A DNA stretch of 64,000 nt. Source: Takakia lepidozioides (taxonomy: Eukaryota > Plantae > Bryophyta). The notes beneath the pieces were generated by a model. It had not been told where the DNA came from. It ran no database searches and saw nothing but the letters and a program-made list of their open reading frames with translations. The stretch is from NCBI GenBank assembly GCA_030704615.1, contig CM060733.1:21700001-21764000 (forward strand). Reading direction: 5' to 3'. Within the stretch, counting starts at the first letter, position 1. Every line of letters starts with the position of its first letter. Positions 12,590-23,606 of this stretch are shown here, piece by piece. Position numbers and translations under genes: made by a program.

Positions 12590-13310
12590 CACAGCTCACA
12601 GGCCATAGCCTGTCACAGCCTGTCACATCCCGTCACAGCCCCACAGGCCACAAGGCACAGCCTGTCAAGCCCGTCACAGCCCCACAGGCCACTGGGCACA
12701 GCCTGTCACAGCCCCTCATAGCCCGTCACAGCTTGCCACCGCCTGTCACAGCCCGCCACAGCCCGTCACAGCCCCACAGGCCACTGGGCACAGCCTGTCA
12801 CAGCCCCTCACAGCCCCAAAGGCCTCAGGCACGGCCTGACACAGCCCCTCACAGCCCGTCACAGCCCCAAAGGCCTCAGGCACGGCCTGTCACAACCCCT
12901 CACAGCCCCTCACAGCCCCAAAGGCCTCAGGCACGGCCTGTCGCAGCCCCTCACAGCCCCAAAGGCCTCAGGCACGGCCTGTCACAGCCCCTCACAGCCC
13001 ATCACAGCCCCAAAGGCCACGGGCACAGCCTCTCACAGCCTCTCACAGCCCATCACAGCCCCAAAGGCCAGGGGCGCAGCCCGTCACAGCCCGTCACAGC
13101 CCCGAAGGCCACTGGCGCAGCCCATCACAGCCCGTCACAACCCGTGATAGCCCCAAAAGGCCACCGGCACAGCCCCTCACAGCCCATCACAGCCCCCAAG
13201 GCCACCGGCGCAGCCCGTCACAGCCCCGAAGGCCACCGACGCAGCTCGGCACAGCCCCTCACAGCCCGTCACAGCCCCCAAGGCCACAGGGACAGCCCGT
13301 CATAGCCCCA
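12590..13310. repeat. Minisatellite of about 10-bp (T)CACAGCCC(G/C/A) units in higher-order blocks, in the retrotransposon 5' leader
   Basis: Dozens of 'tcacagccc' units punctuated by 'aaaggcctcaggcacgg' or 'aggccactgggcacag'. Confidence 0.9.
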
Positions 13311-13819
13311 TCCATGGCCGCTCTGGCAGTTTAGCCATTTCTCCAAGGGGTTTAGCCACGCCATGCTAGGGTTTGTGTCTCTTGGACTCTAGGCTTCTTT
13401 CCACCGAGCTATGGCAGCTGTGAGGAAATCAGCAAGGTATTCTTGCTCTTTCGGCTCCCACACACCACCATAGTAGCCCTAAGCCATGAGGTGGTTGCCA
13501 CAAACCAAGCCTTCTTTCTCACTTAGCCTCCCCAAACACGCTACTAAACTCAATGGCAAACAACCAAGCCCTGCTAGTTCCCAGCCCTTGTGAGCACTCA
13601 TTCAAGCACTCATTCAAGCACTCTCCTTGGCCATAGCATCTGTCTTAGAGCCTATTCCAGCCCCCTACACCTGTTGCTTCAAGAGTTGCGCTCCCTTCAA
13701 GCTTGAAGTAGAAACCCCAACTCACATAGGCCCTACAAGTGCTTTTCTTTCACTCCAAGTGGAAACCAGCCCTAGACCTTCCGTTCTAGCTCTCTAAAGC
13801 TTGAAAACAAGAGCCTCAA

Positions 13820-14160
13820 TGGGCTGAAGGCATGCTCCACACATGCCCCACTCTCACCATAAGAGAATCAGCTCCTTTGCTTCATTTCTTGCACCCACAA
13901 ACCTGAAAATACAAGCTTCAGCAGGCTGAAAGCATGCTCCACATGCCCTACAGGGAAACCAACCCCTTCCTTCCTTTCTTGCACTCCCACACCTGAAAGT
14001 GCAAGCCTTCACCAGGCTGATAGCATGCTCCACACATGCATTGCCCTCTCATAAGGGAAGTCAGCCCTTCCCTCTTCCTTGCTTGCCCTCCAAGCTTGAA
14101 GATGGAAGCTTCAATGAGCTGAATACATGCTCCACACATGCAACCTCTTCACACAAGAGA
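13820..14160. repeat. Four copies of an approximately 100-bp degenerate tandem repeat
   Basis: 'gctgaNNNcatgctccacacatgc' at about 13823, 13924, 14016 and 14117. Confidence 0.75.
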
Positions 14161-16368
14161 TATCAGCCCCCTATCTTGGCTCATTGGCTCCTTGATGCTC
14201 TCTAAGACAAGACTAAGCACTCCACAGCCCTTGCCAAGCTCCTGAAACCCTAAGGCTTACATTTCCAGCCACAAGACACTCCTCTTGTGGTGCAAGAACT
14301 TTTCTTCCAAGCTCTGAAACCCTAGGTACACATTCCATGGCCTTGCCGCACCTCTTAGCTCCTGTTCCAGCCCCGCTCTTGCCATGGCAAGAGCCCTTAT
14401 ACCGCTGGAGTTTCAGATTGAAACCCCCAACTCAACATAGCCACAAATGCATGGGCTTGCATACAAGAGAAATCAGCCATCTCTCTTCACTCATACCTCC
14501 TTATGAGCTTGAAGTTGGAGCTCCCGATAACTGTGACTTACATCTAACACCCTTGCAGCTCCACATTGCTGCAGCTCCTTAACTTGGCCTGTAGCTGAAG
14601 AAGACGACCACCAGTTCACCCACTCGAGACCAGCATCTCCCCCGCTTCACACTAGAAGCCCATAGCGTTGAGCTATGCAACGCCGCTCTTCAACATAAGC
14701 TACCCGCCTCTCTATCCATTGCAAACCTGCAACCTATTTGCCTTTGCACTCTATCCACTTTGGATAGGCTCATGCACAGATCCCTGCACTCTAGGCTGAA
14801 CCGCTTCTCATGAAAACACAAGTGCTACAAAACAACTCGAACCTGGCACTCACAGACTCGAGCTGATCTTTCTCGAGTGATAACGAAGCGTGGCCCCCGC
14901 CCGCCCTCGCCGCTGGGTCCGCCCGCCATCGGGTCCCAGTGGGTCTGCCCAGGATGGGGTCTGCCCAAGATCGGTCTGCCCGCTGCTGGCGCATGTCGTC
15001 CGGCAGACCACCCCAGACTGGCACAGCAGACCCAGACCTACGTGGCGCGCATCTGCCCGTCCAGATCCGGTTTTATCCAGACCATCCGGATTTAGGGCAT
15101 GCCATGGCACTCGCCGATCTCCTCAGACCCCCTTGTTTTTTTTTTTTTTTCTCTGTTGCCGGTGTTGCTTGCTGCTATTTGTTGTTTGACTGTTTAGAAC
15201 CAACACACTTGCCGGTTGTGAAGAATCCCTTTGCATGACTCCATGGACTCTCTGGCCATGTCGGAGTCCATCGTTTCAAGCCACTGTTCATATGCTTCTA
15301 CTATTTTTGCTTTGTTGTTCGCCTATTCGTGGGACTGTTTGAGCGCAGGGAAGTGAGTTACATTGAGTTTACAATGTAGACTTGAATGGAAGTATTTAGG
15401 TCTTTGCTAACAAGTACGACTCATTTTAGCGGACAACAATTGAGAATCGGCCTTTCCCTTGTCACACTGTCTTGTTCGAGGCTTGTCCTCCATATAGCAT
15501 GTATGGAATGGCATTGCAAAAATAGCGGAAGCATATGTGCATGGCTAGCTGTATAAAATTCCGATTTCCTCCCGAGTTCCGTCTCTTGGATGTTGTTTGC
15601 ACGTGGACCCATTGATGCAGGACGAAATGGGCATGTGTGGCGGAATTTTTTGTGCAACGAACCAGTGGACCTTCCAAGTGTTACCATGATAGTGCGGGGA
15701 TGCAAAGACCCAGCCGGGGGACCATTGAAATGGTGAAACGGGTGGGGACACACTACAGACAGAGGGCAGACCAGATGGGCAGAGCAGGAGAAGAGAAGAG
15801 TGCACCATGCCAGTCCAGACGATAAGACCGAACCAACAGTCCAGCCTGGAGAACTCTGGTCAAACCCCGACGGCAGACCGACTGCACACAATGTTTGCCG
15901 CACGAATGCGACAGACCAGTGCCACAGACCCTTTTGGCGGAGACTTAGGGCAGACCATGGAAGTCCTTGGCGGCGGCCATTATTGTGCCGCCGGGACGTT
16001 TGATGTTTCGACGGCAATCCAATGACCGACGTGCATGGCCTCGGCGGTCGCACGCGTGCTCCTGTCACGCTTAGCAGTGAGCCATTACGTTGGGGTCCTC
16101 GCCTCTTCCTCCAATTGCGTCTTTCACGTCTCTCCATTTTGCGACTGCACGCTATGTTGCGCTTCGCAGTTTCTGCCTCTTCGACTCGACGATTCGTTTG
16201 TAGCGCCCGCTCGCTCTTCAAAGGCCGCGTGCCCAACGTTGCCGAAGTGCAAAGGCATCAACTTACTAGACTTCTTCACTGCCAGACATTCATTTCTTTT
16301 TTTGCTTGCTCTTCTTCATTTGCATTTAGCAGACCGTCTCTGACACAATTCCTCCTTGGGTTGCAACC

Positions 16369-19043
16369 ATGGAAGAAGCTTGTCCAAAGGGCGGAGCCGA
16401 TTGGGTAGAATATGTGCATGCCCCTCGCCACAAAGCCAAGAGAAGGTACTGGTATGAGCCAAGTGAGTACGATGCTAAAATAGTAGAAGCATTTTTGGAC
16501 TTGCGTGTAGCGAAGGAGAAAGAGAACTGGCCAAAGGATCGGTTTCAATGCCCCTTTTGCCCCGATATTGTCAAGGACAAAGAGACTCTAAACCGCCATG
16601 CCCTTGATAGAGGATGCAAAGGTATGGTCCCTGAGAACTTCAAGCCTTGGCACAAGCCAAGTTCGTCTAAGGCCGCAAAAGAAATCACTGCAAAGTGTAG
16701 GGGTGCGCATGCCGTCGCTCGGTCTGCTGAGGAAGTGCGGCAGCGTTATTACACTGAAGCCGGCCTGTTGGGCCCCGGCCTCGTTGTGCTAGTGAAGAAA
16801 ATGAAGCTCAGTGATGGAGCTAAAAAAAATGTAGACCACAAAAGTCACAGATCTGCCAGTACCAGTACTGGCAGACCACGGGATATGAGAGTGAGCAGCA
16901 AAGAATTGCAACCAGGTCGGTCCCAGCAGACCACCACTAGTAGACCACAGGCTGTCGTTTCAACGTTGTCGTCCAGTGGGGATGACTCAAGTGAGGAAGA
17001 CTCTCATGAAGAGGAGGATCATGTTCAAGACAAGTCGACGGAGTGGCCGCGACTACTTGTGAGACCGTACTTGGTGAACGACCCCATTGGGTACGCCCTG
17101 CCGGTACATGACATAACCCTTGACTCGGACATCCCCATGGAGGAATCACACCCTCAAACAGACCCACAAAGCCCACCACATATCAGACCCAACAAGCAGA
17201 CCAAGAAACAACCAACCCTGACTGACGTTCATGGAGATGTAATGGGCACCCCTGTCCGCCCTGGCACATTGTACCTGCTTCCCCACGGTCTTCTGCCAGA
17301 CCAGTACCCAGATGAATCAGATCCGGACTTTTTCCCTTTTTTGTATGCTTACGTGAGATCAGGGCAGATACAGCAGACCATTGACACAGCAGAGAAGAAG
17401 TGGGTGGAGGCACGATCACACCCAATGGATGAAGACTACAACGGCCTCCAAGTACTTGAACCACTCTTTCTATGGTCTATCGTATTTCAGTGTTTCGATT
17501 TCCTGGTTGCAATTAGTGATATGTTATGCTGGAAGTTGTATGTGTGGCCTGCTGCTGTCGGTCTATTGTTCTGGGTCTGCTACATGATACTGCATTACTT
17601 GTTCTGGCTGTGGTCTGCTCTATAGGTCCAGAACTGTGCGTCTACTTTCCCCTGTTGCAAATCATGTTATAGTGTTTTATTATTATTGTTATATATGTGG
17701 TCTGCTACGAACAGTCTACTGTTTTGGGTTTGCTTTTCGCAACATGGTACTGCAGTTGTTTTGAAATGCGCACTACTATCGTGGCTGTGGTCTGCTACAT
17801 AGGTCCATGGCTATGGTGTACTACTATGCTCTACTGGTCTACTGATATGGCCTACTGGTGTATGGTCTACTGGTCTACTGTCACGCCCAATTTTGACTGG
17901 TCTACTGGTCTATGGTCTACTACTCTGTGGTGTATGTACTGGTCTAATGTGAAGCCAATTTTGCTGTTTGTTTTCAGGAGGCGAATGTGCAAGACAACCG
18001 AGTGTACAGAGCTTTGCAAATCTGGAAGTACAGGTTGAACGGTCCTCCCTTGGAAAATACACTTGTCCGGAATGAGGTCCGTGATATTTGTGACTACATC
18101 CTGAGTCTGTATCCACAGTCGGCTGATGCCATTGCATCAATTCAGGATGGTACCACTGGCCGCGCAGCAGGCCTCCCTCCGTCTGCTGTAAAGGCTTTTG
18201 AGAGCGTCGGTCAGACTAGCAGACCCGGCTCAATGGACCTTTCTTCCGTGACCTGTCCTCCAGCGGACCTTCGTACCTCTTCAACAGACCCTCAACAGAT
18301 CACATTGCGTGGTCGAACTGATTTCCCATTTGGCAGACCATGGCGACCTCCACAGCGGTCTGCAATTGATGATGACGACCCCACTCTTCCGAAGTTTCGT
18401 TGTGGGGAAAGCAATCGGCATCTGGACTGGTAAAATGAGCTTCACCGCATCGTCGTCTCTCGGTGGACCTTTGCTCCGCAGCACTCCTCAATGGAGTTCA
18501 CGGCGGAGGAGGCCACCCGTGTTTTGGACAAAGCCCGTGAGTATGGAGTGGCGCTTCTGGCAGAGGAGACCGAGCCACCGCTTATCGCGCAACTCTTTCT
18601 CATGCACGACCCACGCCCACTGGAAATAAGGCACATGACCATCGCCCACCCAATATTTGGTGTTCGTCCGAAGCACTTAGCGAGCTTGACAGAGAGTGCT
18701 TTTGAGGAGATGGCAGATTGTTTCCTCCGCCGTCAATGGATGCAATTTGGCAATTTTAGGTCTTACACCAAATTATAAAAAGACCTACACAACCTGCGGA
18801 TGGACCTGCTGCACGGAAACGAAGAGGCTCGGGAAAGTATCACACAAGACGTCATGATGTGGTTTGTGACTGTGTAGAAGCGTGCGGTTTTCGACATTGC
18901 ATTCAACAAACGACATGCTTTCCAAGTGCTCTGGAGCGGGTTTCCAGCAGAGGACCGTGTTGCAGCTCTGGGAGAGCTTGACGAGGCCTTCATGGATCAG
19001 CTGATGAAAGATATTGGGCTGTGGACCACAGTCCTAGATCATG
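16369..19043 (+). pseudogene. Uncharacterised multi-exon gene of probable transposon origin, with a C2H2-like finger and in-frame stops
   Basis: ORF 16369 contains FQCPFCPDIVKDKETLNRH. After an intron (acceptor ttttcag at about 17977), one reading frame runs 17978-19043 interrupted by TAA/TAA/TAG stops (ORFs 17987-18433, 18491-18778 and onward). Confidence 0.5.
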
Positions 19044-19337
19044 GTATGTCATCAGACCTAACAGACCTTTAAACAGACCTTGTCGTTGTCCACGAACGCA
19101 GACCTTCTAGCAGACTTTATAAACCATGACCATGTATTCTTCCGTTTGTTAGCAGACCAAGGATGAGTGCTTTGTTTTTGACGTGTTTGTGACACGTTGC
19201 AGAGTATGATCCAGAGGACGAGCTTGTTCAGAATGCTCTTGACCAGTACGCCAATGGCGCAAGGCAGCTTCTGCGAACCCTCCGTGGCCATACTGAAGTC
19301 GAGTCACCCGTTAAGTGCAGGCTCATTGGAGTTCGTA

Positions 19338-19779
19338 TGTCAAGTTATTTTACCACTAGTGTGAAACTAGCTAGGAAATAGCTAGCTTTTACATATTGAC
19401 ATTTGGGATTGGCCCAAGTGTCAATCCAGGGATCAAGGCAAATTTAGGCCCTGGAGTGGTTATCTTCACCGCAACCGCGGGAGGCTCATCTTTCTCGAGT
19501 TGAGCCTCACCGCGCCTAGCTATGGTGCCGTAGTGTGGATTCCCCATGGCGTGGGGTGCACTTGGCTTGACTTATATTTGAGTGATGAGGTTATATATGC
19601 ATGAGTTTATGCTTCAGCTTTGTGAGCTCGCATGAGCTTGTGCCTGGGGCTGGGCGGCGTGCGGGCAGGGCCGCGGGCGGCTGCGGGGCTGCCGACCGCG
19701 GTGCGCGGCTGGCAGGTGGGGTGGGCGGGGCGGGGGAGGGCGACCCCGCGTCCGTGCGCCCTATCCCACACGCGCGACA
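19338..19779 (+). repeat. Inverted second copy of block B (19338-19643) within a TGTC...GACA-bounded 442-bp element (solo LTR- or MITE-like)
   Basis: 19338-19643 is the reverse complement of about 3939-4243 with about 6 differences by eye. It is followed by a GC-rich stretch ending CGCGCGACA and is flanked by TA on both sides. Confidence 0.8.
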
Positions 19780-21805
19780 TAAACTCCCAATTATTCAAAA
19801 ATGAGAGGCGAAAGAGAGTGAGAAGAAGCCTCCTCCGAAGGCGATTTATGGTGTCACTTCACCCCAAAGGCTACCCATGTGGGGTATACATTCATTAATT
19901 TGTCTTGTGTATTGTAAAGCACAGCCAGGAATTTTCACGACAAAGGTCCAAAAATCGTGGAAATTGCTTTACTTGGCCCAACCTTTAGGGACTCCTACAT
20001 CGGTTGGCCCCCGCCCTGAGACTTTAAATCATCGGTTGGAGAAAGGAACATTGTTATTACTGAGAACGAGGACGAATGAATGGTACAATGATTACAATAT
20101 TCATCCGTTTGCATTGCTGATAGTTCTTCTCTTGCATCATAATATATATACAGTCTTTCTCTCCTCATAGGACTTCTTCAACTAAAGTTTAGCCTCTCTT
20201 TATCTGAAGCTACTAATGCTCGAGTCTTGGTCAGCTGACGATAGCCAAGAGAACTTGAAATGGTATTCCAAACTTTGAGAGACACCATAATTTTTGTGGG
20301 TGAGAGCTCTGACGTCACACACAAAGGAGACTAGCAGTCCATGGAGAGCCATAGTCGACCAAAGTCTGAATTAGTGTCAACGGACTCAGGAACTTGCAAA
20401 TGCTCCGCCTCCGAGACGCACTACCACATAAGTTGTTTTGGACTAGGTGACCAGCGAGAGCAGGATGGTTACTGGTTGTGACCGAGGCCCGGTAACTTGC
20501 AAACGCTCCGCCTCCGAGACGCACTACCACATAAGTCGTTTTGGACTAGGTAACCGTCGAGAGCAGGAGGGTTACCTTACCGGGCCGAGGATCACACCCA
20601 TTAACCCTCATGCTCGAGATGGTTACCGGTCATAAACAGCAAGTGGAATGATCGAGATCAACCGACTTTAGCCGGTCACCAAGTTACTATTGATGATGTG
20701 GCGGTTGCATTTTTCTACCTCCTTGTTCATGTCTCGTAATTTATCTGCAGCTAAAGTGTGTTCGCTCTTCATTCTGTGCTTTTCAGTTTTGCGTCTGGTT
20801 TTGCGAGGTTGGTGCGGAATACCAATTATGCTAGTTTCTGATGTAATCAGAGCGACACAATTTGTATTCTCAATCAACCTTGAGTGATTTAGCATTGTCG
20901 AATTGTTTGTCTTCTTTCAATTATGCTTGAAATCAATTTTTGTGAGGAAGTTTTGTGCAACGGTAGGGTTTTAGCGCTTTTTGATTTGTTGCGATGAGTG
21001 GCGTTAATGCTTCTCCGAGTAGAGGTAGTCGTAGTGCTGCCTCTTTTCTTGTTTCAACAGTAGATTATCAGGTCCGTCGTGAATCACCTCGCGTCCGTAG
21101 TTCTCATAATAGAGCACGGACTCCGAAGCGTTTTCATGGTGACGATGTCCCTCGTTTTGATCTCATTTCTGCTGAGATTTGAAAGGAGAATGTGGATGCT
21201 CTTGTTGTTGAATGCAGTGTTGCAGAATCTGGGATGACAAAACCCTGATCTAAGAGTCGCAAATTGTGTAATGGTGATCCTTTACGTCCTATTGGTAATC
21301 CTTCTAATTTGAGTGTCCAGAGTGATTCGGTGAACGATGCTTTGCTTATGCACTCTGCACATCTTGCTAATGATTCTGAAGTCGTTTTGGTCAACCGCAA
21401 TTCAGTCGAGGCTCTGGTAGTTTTCAATTTTGTTGTGTTTGCATTTGTATCTATAGCGAGAGAGCCTGCAGTGATTTCTGTAACGAGAAAGCCTGCCCTA
21501 CATTCTGGTTCCAATTAGGCCTGACAGTTGCCTCATTAACTCCTGATAACTCCACATTCTAATAAGGACCAATGGCATAAGCATCAGAATGTTGAGGGAC
21601 ACTATTCGAGTGATCTCCCCGCTCATACACACTTTGCGGCTGATTATTCACATTACGTTGGGCACTGATATGAGCAGGCTGCTCCTTGGCATGCCAATCA
21701 CCAAGAGTATTTGATAAATGCTGCTCATAATCCACTGCTGTTCCAGTACTATCGTCGTAAGGTGTAGGCAGGGAGTACTTCTGAGCAGCTCTCACCTTTA
21801 TATCC

Positions 21806-22400
21806 TTAATGCGAATCCAATGTCTTCAACTGATGATGACCAGTCAGTAAAGCCATTATCTCTTGAGGAACATTGGCAGCTGCCACACGAGTAATGCTTG
21901 TAACTGTACCAGAGCGGTTGGTTATGTCGCCTTCAATACCGCAGTTTTGGGCCATTCTCTTCATCCATCCCCTGATATGCACTTCCCCGCAGTTGGCATT
22001 CTTCTTGAACCAAACAACATCGGCAGTATGATGCTTGATTGACAAAAATAGATGCACCTTCCCCACAATTGCATTCTTCTTGAACCAAACAATATCGGTA
22101 GTATGATGCTTGATTGACAAAAATATATGCAAGTTCTCACACCCCTTCGGCATATGAGCCATTAGACTCTTCCATGTGTGAATCACATCAACATCATGAA
22201 AAATAACTCCCGGTCTGCAGTGTTCATCTTGAAAGTGGGTCATAGAAACATCGTAGTTCTTTGAGAGACGCTCGTCATACTTCACATAGTCACGGCCTGC
22301 TTCATCATGTGAAATAATGAAGTTGCCTACCAGCAAACGGTAAAGCTCAGAAGGCCCCTTAATAGTGAGAGGAGAAAATAACCTCTTTCACAGTAACCGC
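21806..22400 (-). pseudogene. Degenerate tyrosine recombinase of the Crypton/DUF3504 type
   Basis: IKGPSELYRL..NF..DEAGRDYVKYDERLSKNY; WFKKNAIVG; WMKRMAQNCGIEGDITNRSGTVTSITR..VPQEIMALLTGH..TLDSH. These match the LRG..E, SKN, TNHSxR, TGH and SL..Y positions, with most catalytic residues mutated. An internal tandem duplication of about 75 bp lies at about 21995-22130. Confidence 0.65.
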
Positions 22401-23606
22401 AACATGGAGGCGTAGAAATGGGACACTGCCCAAGGGAAGGGGGAGAAGAGTATACCACACTTGTCAAGTAACTTAACAAGAATTATCTGGGTGGCACTCG
22501 TTGCACTAACAAACTGAGCTACTGACTGTTGGTCCAGATTACATATGTGGCACTGTTGGATACATATGTGGCAATTTTTTGCGGCCAAATTCTCTGTTTT
22601 AGCTCATCCCAAGAATGGTCGAGTGGCGAAGAGGTTTCGCCGTTGTTTTGCCAAGCGGTTCCTTTTCCACCTACGATGGAGTGCAATAGAGATGGAGGCC
22701 CCTTTTGGAGTTTGTCGAGGGCTGCGGCAAACATAGAGGATCTTTGGCTAAACCGTTTTAGTTAGTAGACACACACATTTCGTTTCAGGCTTCAGCCTGT
22801 CACCTCATCGTCTAAACTCGGCCTTATTATTGACTGACATCGCGTCAAATACTGCTGTGCCATCTCGTGCACTAGCAATGATGTCATGTGCTCTTGGAAG
22901 ATCGGGCGGTTGGAATACATACATCGATCCGGTGCTGGAATTGCAGCGCAAAAGTATGCGTTAACACAATTTGTATTCTTCGTGTCGTCGTCCGATAATT
23001 TTGTAGAGATGCAAGAGGAAATACAACTGTGTAGGTTTTTGAGGTTACCTTGAGGAAAAGCTCCAAAAGCACCTCGGCCTATTGGTCCGCTGTAGCAAAG
23101 CTCTCATGGACGCAATTCTGCAGCCCCTCCGTCTCTCCGCCTGATTTCGAGCTCCCGACGATATTGACCGTCATCACATCATTGAGTGGGAGGTAAGTAG
23201 TGTACAAGATCTGCAGTTGAGCTGTAGCATCTTCGATCTTCGCAAGCATACCCATGCGCGAGCTTTCCTGAAAATCTTGATCTCGATCGGGGAAATGTTG
23301 ACTCCTTGGTTTGCTCTTCAAGCCGAAGTTTAGGCTTCCGAGTGAAATAATAGACACATTGTCATGCTCACTTGAGTAATACGTATACATATTGTTACAA
23401 CCAATTTTGGTATGCATAACTCGATCTAACCTCTGGCGTCTCTCTTCGAGTACTCTTCCATGATAGCAAAACTACTGTCAGTTGTGCTATTTACATGAGT
23501 CCATCGTTTAGTGGAAATTTGCCCTGAAAGAAGAAAATTACAGTGTGCGATAACGATGTGCCTGTCGTGATCGACAAGATGCGTCCCTAGAGCCAGGTCT
23601 TGAGCG

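Larger units (their letters stand above)
4246..14880 (-). mobile_element. Ty3/gypsy LTR retrotransposon carrying a DNMT3-like cytosine methyltransferase and a C-terminal PHD finger (frameshifted copy; 5' boundary approximate)
   Basis: Collinear gag, PR, MTase, RT, RH, INT and PHD motifs on the - strand. RT-RH-INT order is the gypsy order. A candidate PPT and 3' LTR lie at 4246-4431. No direct-repeat 5' LTR was found. Confidence 0.88.

Noticed and set aside
12590-13310. CRISPR array, or a real protein from ORF 12733-13305
   Set aside because: There are no unique spacers or cas genes; the ORF is a by-product of a stop-free minisatellite.
3742-19779. DIRS/Ngaro-type element suggested by the inverted and split repeats
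   Set aside because: The element has a DDE integrase and an aspartic protease. The recombinase relic at 21.8-22.4 kb lies outside the repeats, and the repeat order does not fit ITR/ICR or A-B-A-B.
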